From Eledone cirrhosa (taxonomy: Eukaryota): a DNA stretch of 64,000 bases. Every line of letters starts with the position of its first letter. The first letter of the stretch is position 1. The notes under the pieces are model-generated. The model made no database searches. It saw only the letters and a program-made list of their open reading frames with translations, and was not told the DNA's origin. The stretch lies in the NCBI GenBank assembly GCA_964016885.1, contig OZ024744.1, positions 82,770,001 through 82,834,000 of the forward strand. Reading direction: 5' to 3'. Below, piece by piece: positions 28,623 through 42,526 of the stretch. The position numbers and the translations under genes were made by a program.

Positions 28623-28625
<3 letters not shown>
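28200..28625 (+). mobile_element. Two apparently identical tandem 193-bp hairpin-plus-tail elements separated by (TA)n
   Basis: Each is a palindrome of about 110 bp (gtcaggaccccgacggctgagctccgg...ccggagttcagccgtcggggtcctgac) plus the tail actctactaccctaagtatcgagtactctggtgcgttatggtccacctgg. Relatives lie at 37832, 45507, 46340, 53868 and 57365. Confidence 0.8.
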
Positions 28626-28658
<33 letters not shown>

Positions 28659-28742
28659 GATATTAAACAAATGGAAACTATATTTATAAAACCATATTTA
28701 TTTCATTATACATATTTCAGGGATACCCTTATATATATATAT

Positions 28743-28875
28743 AAATGGAAAGAATGAAATTTCATTTCTCACTCTTAGTACGGCTGATACTTAAATCTAA
28801 GTATGTATACGTACATACATATATGTATACAGACGTGCAGTAGTATGTATATACATACATACATACATACATGCA

Positions 28876-28956
<81 letters not shown>

Positions 28957-29357
28957 GTATGGGTTTACCGAAGATGTATTATAATGCTCGGTTTGTTTGG
29001 AAACAAACAGCCCGAATTATTAGCCATACAGTGTTCGGCAACCATCGTTGCCATTTTGTTCAACACTGACAAAGAAAGGATGAACTAGTTTCTAGCTTAT
29101 TAGCTCTCATCAGCACCGTATACCTTCCTGTCAGTTGATTGAACATTTGAAAGTATATACTTTCCTTATGCATATTAACGGCTGAGCAGCCTAATTTGCA
29201 CATCGAGTGAGTTAATCGGCCGGGTATACCGAAAACGATAAATGGAAAGAATGAAATTTCATTTCTCACTCTTAGTACGGCTGATACTTAAATATAAGTA
29301 TGTATAAGTACATACATATATGTATACAGATGAACAGTTGTATGTATATACATACAT

Positions 29358-29427
<70 letters not shown>

Positions 29428-29793
29428 GTATGGGTTTACCGAACATTTATTATAATGTTCGTTTTTTTTGTAAACAAACAGCCCGAATTATTAGCCGTAC
29501 AGTGTTCGGCAACCATCGTTGCCATTTTGTTCAACACTGACAAAGGAACGATGAACTAGTTTCTAGCTTATTAGTTGTCACCAGCACCGTATAACTTCCT
29601 GCCAGTTGATTGAACGTTTGAAAGTATCTACTTTCCTTATGCATATTAACGGCTGAACAGCCTAATTTGCATACCGAGTTAGTTAATAGGCTGGGCGTAC
29701 CGAAAGCGATAAAAGGCAAGATTATACTTATATATAAGTATGAGCCGTACTAAGAGTGAGAAATGAAATTTCATTCTTTCCATTTATCGTTTT
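28743..29793 (+). repeat. Tandem repeat of about 490 bp (2 units plus an inverted fragment), probably Helitron-associated
   Basis: The unit start aaatggaaagaatgaaatttcatttctcactcttagtacggctg occurs at 28743 and 29240, and inverted at 29742-29785. Homologous sequence lies at 31825-32570 and inside the Helitron at 61295-61548. Confidence 0.75.
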
Positions 29794-29904
29794 CGAAATC
29801 ATGAGGAAGTATGTATGAGTCTATATGAAATATTTCTACTCTGGTATGTATTGAGTACCTTACTTACTGTGGTTACCACCAATATAACACGGGATAAACT
29901 TATA

Positions 29905-29949
<45 letters not shown>

Positions 29950-30161
29950 AAATAACAGATCAAAGTTTAAGCAAAGAATCCCTGCTTTCACCCTTAACGG
30001 GATCTTCTGAAACTTAAGGGTGAAAGCAGCGATTCTTTGCTTAAACTTTAATCTGTTATTTTAATAAATATTTGCTCTACGCTTTTATATATTTACATAT
30101 ATATATATATATTATCCTTATCTAGCCCTCTTAGTATTCTAGTCTTCACATTTATTATTAT

Positions 30162-30194
<33 letters not shown>

Positions 30195-30195
30195 T

Positions 30196-30289
<94 letters not shown>

Positions 30290-30324
30290 TGTATATATAT
30301 ACCGTGTTTCTTAAAAAATATGAA

Positions 30325-30371
<47 letters not shown>

Positions 30372-30455
30372 AAAGGTAAACAGAAATAACAACACAATCG
30401 GTACAGTATATGGAAGGTATATATTAGGTTAACGCTTGATATAGCAGGAAGAGGG

Positions 30456-30491
30456 TCTTAACGTTTCGGACGCTAGTCCTTCATCAGAAGA
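30456..30491 (-). ncRNA. Minimal hammerhead motif in a PLE pLTR-like repeat (30365-30530)
   Basis: TCTT-CTGATGA-A-GGAC[TAGC]GTCC-GAAACGTT-AAGA, with a palindromic stem III (AACGTT). Homologous to 38067-38104. Confidence 0.8.
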
Positions 30492-30736
30492 AAGAATGAG
30501 AAATAAAATAAATTGAGGAGAGGGGCGGGTTGGATTTGGAAAAAATGTCTTTGGATAAAAATAACAGGTTCATTCATGTTGACATCTCTTGCAAAACTGT
30601 TGGTGGTGGCGTTTTGTGTATGATTTGTTTTTTTAGAAAAGTGGATGATGGCAGGGGTCTACCTGAAATGGAAAAAAAAACAAAAAAAAAACTTTTTGTA
30701 AAAAGAGCTATACTTGAACACGTGCGTAAGCATGGG

Positions 30737-30822
<86 letters not shown>

Positions 30823-31011
30823 TTATTATAGGTCCGTACGAAGTTAAGAAGAAATGTGTGTGTATATGTGAGTAAAAGAGTGTGTGTGCATATATATAAC
30901 TCAAAAAGTTGAAACTCAGAATATATTGAATTAGAAACGCAGAGTAGTCCCTTACAATTTTTTTGAACACAGATATGTATATATATGTGTTTATTTCTCT
31001 TTATTATATTG

Positions 31012-31056
<45 letters not shown>

Positions 31057-31824
31057 GGGGACATGGGGACAGATGCCAAAGAGATAAACATGAAAGAAAA
31101 TCAATAACGAGAGATAGCTCATTGCCAGCTTCATTTTACTCCCTTCTTACAGTGTGTGTGTGTGTATGTATGTATGTGTATGTGTGTGTGCGTGTGTGTG
31201 TATGTGCGTGTGTGTATGTGTGTGTGTGTATGTGTGTGGGTGTGTGTGTGATTGTCTGTGTGTGCATTTCTGTCTCTGTCTAGTAACTTGGCGATTCGAC
31301 AAAAATAATATGGTTAAATAAGTACCAGACTTGAATAAAACAAAAAAAAAAAAAAAAAAAAACCCCAAAAAAAACTCCACAATAATAAAGAACTGATATG
31401 ATTGACTAAATAAAGACGATGCCCAAACATAGCCGCAATCTAATGGCTGAAACCAGTAAAAGACTAAAAGACTAAGAGAATGTATTGCCTTTAATATTTT
31501 ACTGATTTTGAATCTGATTAAAGAATGCCAGCATAAGAATGACACAAGATATGTATATGATATGCATGTGTATGGGGGTAACATTTATATAAAATGTGTA
31601 TATGCGTAAAGTACCAGTAATGCACTGGGTAATTGCTGGCCTTGTGCCTAAAGTAGAGACAATTATATATGTGTATAGAATGTATACAAGATGTATATGT
31701 ATGATATGTATGCATATGTTACGAGTAATATCTGAATATTATACATTAAATTTAGCTCTGTAACTTACATAGAGCACTCTTCACTCCTATGACTTTTTCA
31801 ATTTTCAACGGAAACTTCAATACT

Positions 31825-31917
31825 TATATATATATATAAGTATGTACACGTACATACATATATGTGTACAGACGCACAGTAGTATGTATATATATATATA
31901 TATATATATACATACAT

Positions 31918-31965
<48 letters not shown>

Positions 31966-32570
31966 GTATGGGTATACCGAACATTTATTATAATATTCGG
32001 TTTGTTTGTAAACAAACAGCCCGAATTACACCGTACAGTGCTCGGCAACCATCGTCGCCCTTTTGTTCAACACTGACACAGGAAAGATGTACTAGTTTCA
32101 AGCTTATTAGCTATCGTCAGCATCGTATACCTTTCAGTCAGATGATTGAACGGTTGAAAGTATACATTTTCCTTATGCATATTAACGGCTTAGGTATCAG
32201 CCGTTAATAAGCATAAGGAAAGTATATACTTTCAAACGTTCAATCATGTGGCAGGAAGGTATACAATGTTGACGATAGCTAATAAGCTTGAAACTAGTAC
32301 ATCGTTCCTGTGTAAGTGTTGAACAAAAGAGCGACGACAGTTGCCGAGCACTCTACGGCGTAAATCCGGGCTGTTTGTTTACAAACAAACCGAATATTAT
32401 AATAAATGTTCGGTATACCCATACGTACATATATATATATATATGTGTGCATGTATGTATATATATACATACTACTGTGCGTCTGTACACATATATGTAT
32501 TTACGTATACATACCTATATTTAGGTATCAGCCGTACTAAGAGTGAGAAATGAAATTGTGTTTCATTCTT
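31825..32570. repeat. Imperfect palindrome of about 740 bp from the 28743 repeat family (centre near 32195)
   Basis: ccttatgcatattaacggct-taggtatc-agccgttaataagcataagg. The arms mirror out to the flanking TA/CATA tracts, with scattered substitutions. Confidence 0.85.
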
Positions 32571-32579
32571 TTCCATTCT

Positions 32580-34150
<1,571 letters not shown>

Positions 34151-34181
34151 CATATATAAATATACACATATATATATATAC

Positions 34182-34230
<49 letters not shown>

Positions 34231-34240
34231 CATATATATA

Positions 34241-34299
<59 letters not shown>

Positions 34300-34673
34300 T
34301 TAAAAAAATGAACGGGAAAAAGTTTTCCTAGAAATATCCAAGATACCCAGCAGACAACTGATGAAGGAAAAATGTCTCCCGTTCATGCTTTCTACTTGTT
34401 TTTAAGTATACCTTTTCCAGAAACTACACAGCCGCCTCTCTTCTTCATATAAACTGTGATAATTATTGCTATTTTGCTGAACTCCTTTGTTGTTTTTTTT
34501 CAGAATGTATTTGACTGCTATTTCTTGTAAATAAACATTCACTTCCATCCTGACGTCACTAGCCCCGTTTTTTCCTCATGTGCTTTTTCATAACTACACA
34601 TGAAGGCGAACTAGCCAGTTTTAGAACTCCCCTTTTCGGATTATATTACTGTGAGAGCCCTGGTTTCTGTTGA

Positions 34674-34754
34674 GCTCTGCTGATGAATGAAATCCAACCG
34701 TGACAATCTCCACTGAAAGTTTTCATGAAATAGTCTTTTAAGACTATACAGAGC
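34674..34754 (+). ncRNA. Complete type I hammerhead ribozyme with a stable stem III
   Basis: GCTCTG-CTGATGA-ATGAAA[28 nt]TTTCAT-GAAA-TAGTCT[TTTA]AGACTA-TA^-CAGAGC. All three helices pair perfectly, with AUA cleavage predicted after 34748. Confidence 0.88.
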
Positions 34755-35004
34755 ATTTGATGTTATTCCAAATTGAAGGATAAGTGTTTCAAACTTTATT
34801 TTAAAATGAGTTAAAGGTCTATAGATTTTTCCCTGGATTTTACTAAATTCTGTGGATGAATTTATATCCTGATTCTCTTTTGAGATGAGTTTGAGTTATT
34901 TTTCCTAAATCTTTCGTTAACTACTTTTCCCATCTTGACGTTATAGTCGCATATATGTTATAGAATGCCGTTAGCTTCTTGCTAAAACAATCTCTATACC
35001 TCTC

Positions 35005-35127
<123 letters not shown>

Positions 35128-35220
35128 TGTATATATACATACCAACAAAAAACAAACGTACATACAGACATGCCAACAAACATACATATAATCATACATG
35201 CATAGACCCACACACACACG

Positions 35221-35252
<32 letters not shown>

Positions 35253-35360
35253 CGTATGTGTGTGCTGTATATATGAGACATAGGAATGTGTGATCTGTGT
35301 ATATAGGTTTGTAATGTGTATGTGTGTATTATATGCATATATATATTATACATATAGCAT

Positions 35361-35549
35361 ATAATTGTTTCTACTTTAGGCACAAGGCCAGAAATTACCC
35401 AGTGCATTACTGGTACTTTATTTTATCGACCCCGTAAGGATGAAAGGCAAAGTTAACCTCGGCGGGATTTGAACTCAGAATGTAAAGGGACGTAACTATG
35501 CTAGAAAGCATGGCGTCCGACCCTCTACCGATACTACCAATTCACCGCC
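35361..35549 (-). mobile_element. tRNA-derived SINE, full length
   Basis: A and B boxes, core and tail are present, with a TATAAT-like TSD. Confidence 0.9.
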
Positions 35550-36001
35550 TATAGTATATAATATTAGTTTTTTATCTTCTAATTTTTGTGTGTCTGGTTA
35601 GTCTTTTATGTTTATTCTTTTATCTACATGGTCTGCTATCTTTCCACCACTTGCTTACTCATTTTTACCCCAGAGGTGGACTGACCCTTGAACAGTGAGC
35701 GGCACATGCAGATAACACGTACACATACATACATACACACACACACAGACACACTCACATACCCACACACATACACACATACATACACAGACACATACCC
35801 ACACACCCTATGAAACATTTATTATTCCCCTGCTTATGTTAAAGTCTGAGGAATTGCTCTCGAGTTAAACAAGATTCAAAGAGTACATCAAAGAATGAGT
35901 TTTAAAATAGATTGGAAGAACTCTAAAGGAAAAAATATTTTCCAGAGTTATTAATATTAATTCCAAATATTAACAAAATAGATATTCTTATGATCAATTA
36001 A

Positions 36002-36066
36002 ATTTTATTATACATATTTCAGAGGTACTGAATTAAGCTCAAAAGTACGTCCTCATCAGATAAAAT
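36002..36066 (-). ncRNA. Type I hammerhead ribozyme motif
   Basis: ATTTTAT-CTGATGA-GGACGTACT[14 nt]AGTACCTCT-GAAA-TATGTA-TA^-ATAAAAT. Confidence 0.78.
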
Positions 36067-36142
36067 AAAATGATACATGACATACCCTGACATGGTAGAT
36101 GGTTCAGATTTAATCAAGGTGGTTGATTAAATCTGAACGATC

Positions 36143-36233
<91 letters not shown>

Positions 36234-36242
36234 ATATATATA

Positions 36243-37087
36243 TGAAAACAGGGAGAGAGAGACGATTATTAGGAAGAAAAATATATTTTTTTCCTTTTTT
36301 GTTTCTATCCCTCTTTTTTCTGGGTTAGAAAATGATTAAAACGAAATGTTTTACTTTTTGTAAAGTGTTAAGGTATTTGTTGATTTATTTATTATTTAAC
36401 AATGGCATTTATTTATCTATTTATCTATTTATTTATTGTCTATTACCGGTTTCAGCATTTTTATGCATTATCAAATGATAGTGAAATGTATTAGTGTGGT
36501 GTCGCACATGTTAAACAGAAGGTGCAGAAAGAATAATGTTATATACAAACAAGGTTTATGAAGTGATAAGAAAAAAGAAAAAAAGAAAAAGAAAAAAGAA
36601 AAAAGAAAAAAGAAAAAAGAAAAAAGAAAAAAGAAAAAAGAAAAAAGAAAAAAGAAAAAAGAAAAAAGGAAAAAAGGAAAAAAAAGAAAAAAGTAAAAGG
36701 TAAAAAAACGTGCATAATGTAGAACATAAAAAGTCATTGTGGGAGAAAAAATAATGTTATTTACAAGCAAAGTCATTGAAGTTAAGCAGATCAAAATGTG
36801 TTAATATAGCAAGAGTGCTTAGTTGTCTGTTTAACATGTGCGACACCACACTAATACATTTCACTATCATTTGATAATGCATAAAAATGCTGAAACCGGT
36901 AATAGACAGTAATTAAATATATAAATAGATAAATAAATGCCATTGTTAAATAATAAATAAATCAACTAATACCTTAACACTTCACACAAAGTAAAACATT
37001 TCGTTTTTTATCATTTTCTAACCCAGAAAAAAGAGCGAGAGAAACAAAAAAGGAAAAAAATATATTTTTCTTCCTAATAATCTCCAT

Positions 37088-37093
<6 letters not shown>
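36243..37093. mobile_element. Inverted-arm element in (TA)n (arms about 36243-36518 / 36827-37093) around an (AAAAAAG)n spacer; degenerate hammerhead in each arm
   Basis: The arms are reverse complements over about 270 bp. TTGATAA-TGCAT[AAAA]ATGC-T-GAAA-CCGG-TA at 36871-36901 has a mutated core. Confidence 0.7.
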
Positions 37094-37143
<50 letters not shown>

Positions 37144-37351
37144 GTTCGCTCTAATGGCTGAATACAATAAATGTAATCTGAGTTTTTCGAATGTTTACAT
37201 CCCAACACAAGAGCAAGAATGAGGAGCTCATTCTACTAACATGGCTTTAAAAATGAGGCTTGTTTGCATAATTCCAAATTAATCGAATATTATTATTAAT
37301 ATTCGAAAAACTCAGATTATATATATATACATATATTAACAAAGTTAACTC

Positions 37352-37590
37352 GAATATATGAGGGTTGTCTACTCAACATACAGCTTGACCACCTCAGTGC
37401 ACATGAAGCTCAGTTCTGGCATGAGAACTTAAGTGGCTTTTTAGACCAGACATACTTCTAAAGTGCTGTCCACATAAATTGCACCTTATATTCGGAGTAG
37501 CTTCAACTGCCTGAGTTGTCTGATCTTCATGAACCTTGAAATGTCTCGTTAGACATCCTTTAGATCTGCATATTTTGTGACACATGTGGA
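37352..37590 (-). mobile_element. RTE-type LINE 3' end encoding two C2H2 fingers
   Basis: CHKICRSKGCLTRHFKVH...CNLCGQHFRSMSGLKSHLSSH, then a stop and ggtggtcaagctgtatgttgagtagacaaccctc(atat), which resembles the termini at 20410-20441 and 41520-41552. Confidence 0.65.
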
Positions 37591-38066
37591 ATTGATAAGT
37601 GTGAACTGGTTGGTATGATCTGAGAATCTTAATTCCAGAATTAAAATTCTAAAGCATATTTTCCAGTTCGGCCTTCTATTGTTGTTTATTAAATATTTAA
37701 CTCCATGCCTGCACCAACCACTGGAATCACTTCTGCGATGGTTGACTTGCATAATGTCGAATGCTTTGATTGATTTTTCACGTAATGGTTTATCAACCGT
37801 TACCACCAGGTCTACCTACTGGTAATCAAACTAACCGTCGTGCTCCTGACTCTTTCCTATTACCCTCTCTACTATCCTAAGTATTGAGTACTCTGGTGCA
37901 TTATGGTCCACCTGGTATCTTACCACACCCTCTTTATTCTTTATATATGTATGAAATGGCAATGACAACATGAATGGACCTGTTATTTTTCTCTAAATAT
38001 CCTTTTCCGTTTCCGCCCTGTTAGTCTCCTCAATCTTTCTATTTTTTCTTTAATTTCTAATATTCT

Positions 38067-38104
38067 TTCCTCTGATGAAGGACTAGTGTCCGAAACGTTA
38101 AGAC
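38067..38104 (+). ncRNA. Minimal hammerhead motif in a PLE pLTR-like repeat (about 37960-38200)
   Basis: CTGATGA-A-GGAC[TAGT]GTCC-GAAACGTT-AAGA. The flanks are homologous to 30365-30530 (-). Confidence 0.78.
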
Positions 38105-38296
38105 TCTCTTCCTGCTATTTCAAGCGTTAAACTAATATATTCCTTCCATGTACTGTGCTGTTTGTTTTCTTAATTTTGTTATTTATGTTTACATTTTACA
38201 CACACACATATATATAAAACCGATTACTACTATAATCTTTGTCTCTCTTTCTCTCTCTCTCTCTACACACACACACATATATATATATATAAATAA

Positions 38297-38442
<146 letters not shown>

Positions 38443-38850
38443 ATATATTTGCTATGTATAGAGAAAGCAAAGACAAAGGGGGAGTGAAACATGGGGTAAA
38501 AAAAAAAAAAAAGAGGCAGAGTCAAATGGAACAATGTCTGTGTGAATGAAAAGCGAGAGAGTAAAATGAGATAATCTTTGATAGAATACATAGCCGAAAA
38601 TATAATAAAAGTAAATAAATGAATAGGAAATGGTTTGATTGAAATGTGGTTGGGCTAAGACGAAAGAAATATGTACATATGAACAGAAAAAGAATGATTG
38701 GTCAACCAAAACATTGGTCCTTATACTTATTTACACCCCACTCATATTTTTCCTTATCTTAATTTTTAGCTGTAATCTACTATTTTCAAACCTGTCGACC
38801 CCTCCGACCCTTTCTCTCCATTCCTTCGCCTGCTTTTCACAATGACACCC

Positions 38851-39285
38851 CTGACCATTTGCCTAAAAGAACTGACCATTTGCCTAAAAGAACTGACCAG
38901 AACCTAAAAGAACTGACCAGAACCTAAAAGAACTGACCATTTGCCTAAAAGAACTGACCAGCACCTAAAAGAACTGACCAGAACCTAAAAGAACTGACCA
39001 GAACCTAAAAGAACTGACCATTTGCCTAAAAGAACTGACCAGAACCTAAAAGAACTGACCAGAACCTAAAAGAACTGACCATTTGCCTAAAAGAACTGAC
39101 CAGCACCTAAAAGAACTGACCAGAACCTAAAATAACTGACCAGAACCTAAAAGAACTGACCAGAACCTAAAAGAACTGACCATTTGCCTAAAAGAACTGA
39201 CCAGAACCTAAAAGAACTGACCATTTGCCTAAAAGAACTGACCAACACCTAAAAGAACTGACCAGAACCTAAAAGAACTGACCAG
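38851..39285 (+). repeat. Minisatellite of about 21 units of 20/21 bp: CTGACCA(TTTG|GAA|GCA|ACA)CCTAAAAGAA
   Basis: Unit order read as A A B B A C B B A B B A C B B B A B A D B (A=TTTG, B=GAA, C=GCA, D=ACA). Confidence 0.95.
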
Positions 39286-39444
39286 CCTCAACAAGTGACA
39301 TAATTACATACATTCCTCCAAATCGTTTCCTTCATAAATTCGAGAAAGATTTTTCATACCTCAGTATACGCTTAGAACAGTTCGCTACATACAAGCCGAA
39401 ACCACTGTATTTATATATATATAGATGTATATATATATATATAT

Positions 39445-39650
39445 AATAAAATTTAATATAGAAATGGCTTCTACAGAACTAGAATTGTTTCATTCGAAGA
39501 AAATCACCAGGAAAGCCTTCTTGATGATTTCCTTCGGATGAAACAGTTCTAGTCCTCTAGAAGCCATTTCTATATTAGATGTTGGTGTATATACTCTACT
39601 AATGTACTGAGTACCTTACTTACTGTGGTTATCCCTGATACATTCATATA
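39445..39650 (+). mobile_element. Hairpin-plus-tail element in (TA)n
   Basis: aatatagaaatggcttcta...gaagccatttctatatt forms a palindrome (39456-39577). The tail actctactaatgtactgagtaccttacttactgtggtta is shared with 29837-29900. Confidence 0.7.
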
Positions 39651-40948
39651 TGATTAAGAATTTTTGAGAAAAATCTAGAGCAATATGATCAGGAAATAGA
39701 AATGGTCTAAATAAAAAAGGACAAATCTAAATAAATAGATTTTGCTTTATATTTCATAAAATTTCGAACTTAGAATCGCTTTATCTTACGAGCTGTCCTT
39801 CATTGGGTGACTGACCGTTAATGGAAGTCAGTCAGCGCAGAACCGTGTGGCCACAGTAAGCTGTGTGCCCTATGTACTTTATATCTGTTTTTAATAATAG
39901 ATGTATAGCTGTTAATATGAATATGCTCTCGTTTCCAAATAGAATTTGTAGAAAATATTTTAGATTATTTTTTATCAGCATGAAAAACCATATATTTTCA
40001 GATTATTACTAAAAGATTTAGTAACACATTCGACATCATCAATAGTAATAGTTACAAAATTAAATTTATAATGTAGGTAAAGAAGCTGATTTGAAGTGGT
40101 TGGCTATGAAAGTTACATTTCAATATGATTTTGATTAAAATAATCACATCTGAAATTTAATTATTTTTTGTCCAAAATAACTATATTTGATAGGCATTTA
40201 ATGCAAATTTCGAAAGAAAAGATTCACTAACGCTACGTTTTGTTGGGGGCAGCATTTTCTCCAAATGATATTATACGTTGTGACATTCGTGATATTTTGT
40301 GTTAGTATGGGTATATTTCACGGATATGTTACATACTCATTATTTTCAGTTTAACCCTTAGTATTATATTTTCACGGTAAAGGCTTTACTTTACATAATT
40401 ATCTCACATAATATAGAATCTATGAGATTTTGATATTATCAATTTTGAGAACAATACTTTAACATCAGTATGAGTGGCTCGTTTCAGCCGGTTTGAACAG
40501 AAAGATGTGAGAGAAATATTGCCGTATACGGCCGGGTTAAATGCTACAGTGTTAAGTGTTTTGCTATCTCCTTTCTTCGAATTGGAAGGCATTATCATAA
40601 CTTTCAAAACAGGACATGATAAACGGTATGTTGTCACAGAGAGACCTCTTGTCTATGTTGGCAAAAAATATAGTTATGCATAATCATTCTTTTATTCATG
40701 TCTTTCTTGAGGTAGATTTGTTCAGTGGGTTTTTAGGTTATACGTGTAATTTTAATGCATATGTCTATGTGTGTATGTATATATGTATGCATGCATGCAT
40801 GTATGTATGTATGTATGTATGTATGTATGTATGTATGTATGTATGTATGTATGTATGTATGTATGTATGTATGTATGTATGTATGTATGTATATGTATGC
40901 ATGAATAAATGTATATATGTATGTATGCATGTCAGGTCATGCTTATGT

Positions 40949-41552
40949 CAGGTCACCCGTTGGTGCTACTGGTAACATGTATCCCAGTACAACCTGTCTC
41001 ATGGTCGGGTCGTTGGCGACTAAACTGGCAACACCACCAAGGTTTCTTGGTGAGGAGGGTGACTTTGGACATCCTGCAGGACTAAAAACAAAACCTGTCA
41101 AAGGGCAAAGGAGTTCTTAAGAGTCAATAGCCATCCAAAATTACCGGGAGAGAAGACCCCTTAGCCTTTGTCAAGGCAGAATTCTAGGAGAAGGTAAACC
41201 CTGATATAACACCTGCAACTCTGATGGTATCCAATGATGTTGACTTGTCCTTCTTTTTGGTAAATATCATCTTGGTTAAGAGAGTGGGACTGGCTTTGTG
41301 CAGTGCCTTTTCTCACTATAAAAGCTTCACGGCACAGGCATTGCTTTATATCTGCAGATCTCTCTGCACTTGTCATCACATGGTACCATGGGCCCAGCAC
41401 TGTGTCAATAATTGTTACAAGTGTAGTATTTGTACCAGAGTTTTCAAGTCACTGGCTGGACTAAAAAGTCACACTCGTTCAGCGCATCGGTAGGGGTTCT
41501 CCTACATGGATATAAAGTAGTGGCCGTACTCGAAAACGTGTTGGCAGCCACC
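40949..41552 (+). mobile_element. Non-autonomous RTE-like derivative inserted in (ATGT)n
   Basis: The 5' part is homologous to 19806-19975. The 3' part encodes a C2H2 finger CSICTRVFKSLAGLKSHTRSAH and a stop, then the terminus. (ATGT)n lies on both sides. Confidence 0.72.
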
Positions 41553-42438
41553 ATGTATGCATGTATGTATGTTTGTATGTATGTATGTATGAATGAATGT
41601 ATGTATGTATGTATGTATGTATGTATGTATGTATGTATGTATGTATGTATGTATGTATGTATGTATGAATGAATGTGTGTATGTATGTATGAATTATGAA
41701 TGTTTGTATGTATGTATATATATATGTGGCCATGTATGAATGAAAGTATGTATGCATGCATGTATGAATATATCTATGAACATATATATATGTATGTATG
41801 AATTAATGTATGTATGTATGCATATTTGCTTGTATGTATGTTTAGCTACCACCGTGTCGGGTCCGTCAACTGGTTCATTATTTATGGTGTAACTATTTAA
41901 TTGCATTTAACATATTTTTCTGTGTTTCTGAGGGTAAATGTAACAGACAAACATGATTGTCGCAAAGCCTATATAATTTGAAGGATATGTTAAGAGCAGA
42001 TTCTTTGCAATGCATTTAGTATCTTACTAAATTTATTCTTTATCTTATGTATTTGTGTGTATAAGTTAATCAGAGGTCGAGTGACTGTTCCCGTGAGGCT
42101 TTTCACGCCCTACTAGTCCACATGAAAACACGAAAACAAGGCTAACCCAATATACGTACAAGATTATATATTTGAATTTAGGAAAAAATACACATAACTA
42201 TATGAATTACGTAGAAACGCATGTAACAAACGCATATATACACGTCTATATAAATATTCTTAGACACACACGCATACACACACAGCCAGGCACACTAATA
42301 CATACACACATATATAAGCATATTCATGTGAGCATGCATGCATGTATGCATGTACATACATACATATATGTATGTATGTACATATGAGTATATATGTTTG
42401 TAGATACATACATGTACACGCAAAGACACAAACACGCT

Positions 42439-42526
<88 letters not shown>

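Noticed and set aside
36243-37093. TIR DNA transposon (MITE) interpretation of the long inverted arms
   Set aside because: Not excluded for this tail-less case, but the arms contain hammerhead remnants and sister elements have asymmetric tails, which favours a PLE-type origin.
37394-37585. C2H2 zinc-finger host gene exon
   Set aside because: There is no TGEKP linker, it is followed directly by an RTE-like 3' terminus, and a similar finger ends the RTE derivative at 41400-41493.
38851-39285. CRISPR-like array
   Set aside because: The variable parts are only 3-4 nt and recur, the context is eukaryotic, and there are no cas genes.
40404-40683. Possible host exon or ORF in unique sequence (also 52833-53099 and 58424-58708)
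   Set aside because: No recognisable domain and no convincing splice-site pair; this needs RNA-seq or a homology search.
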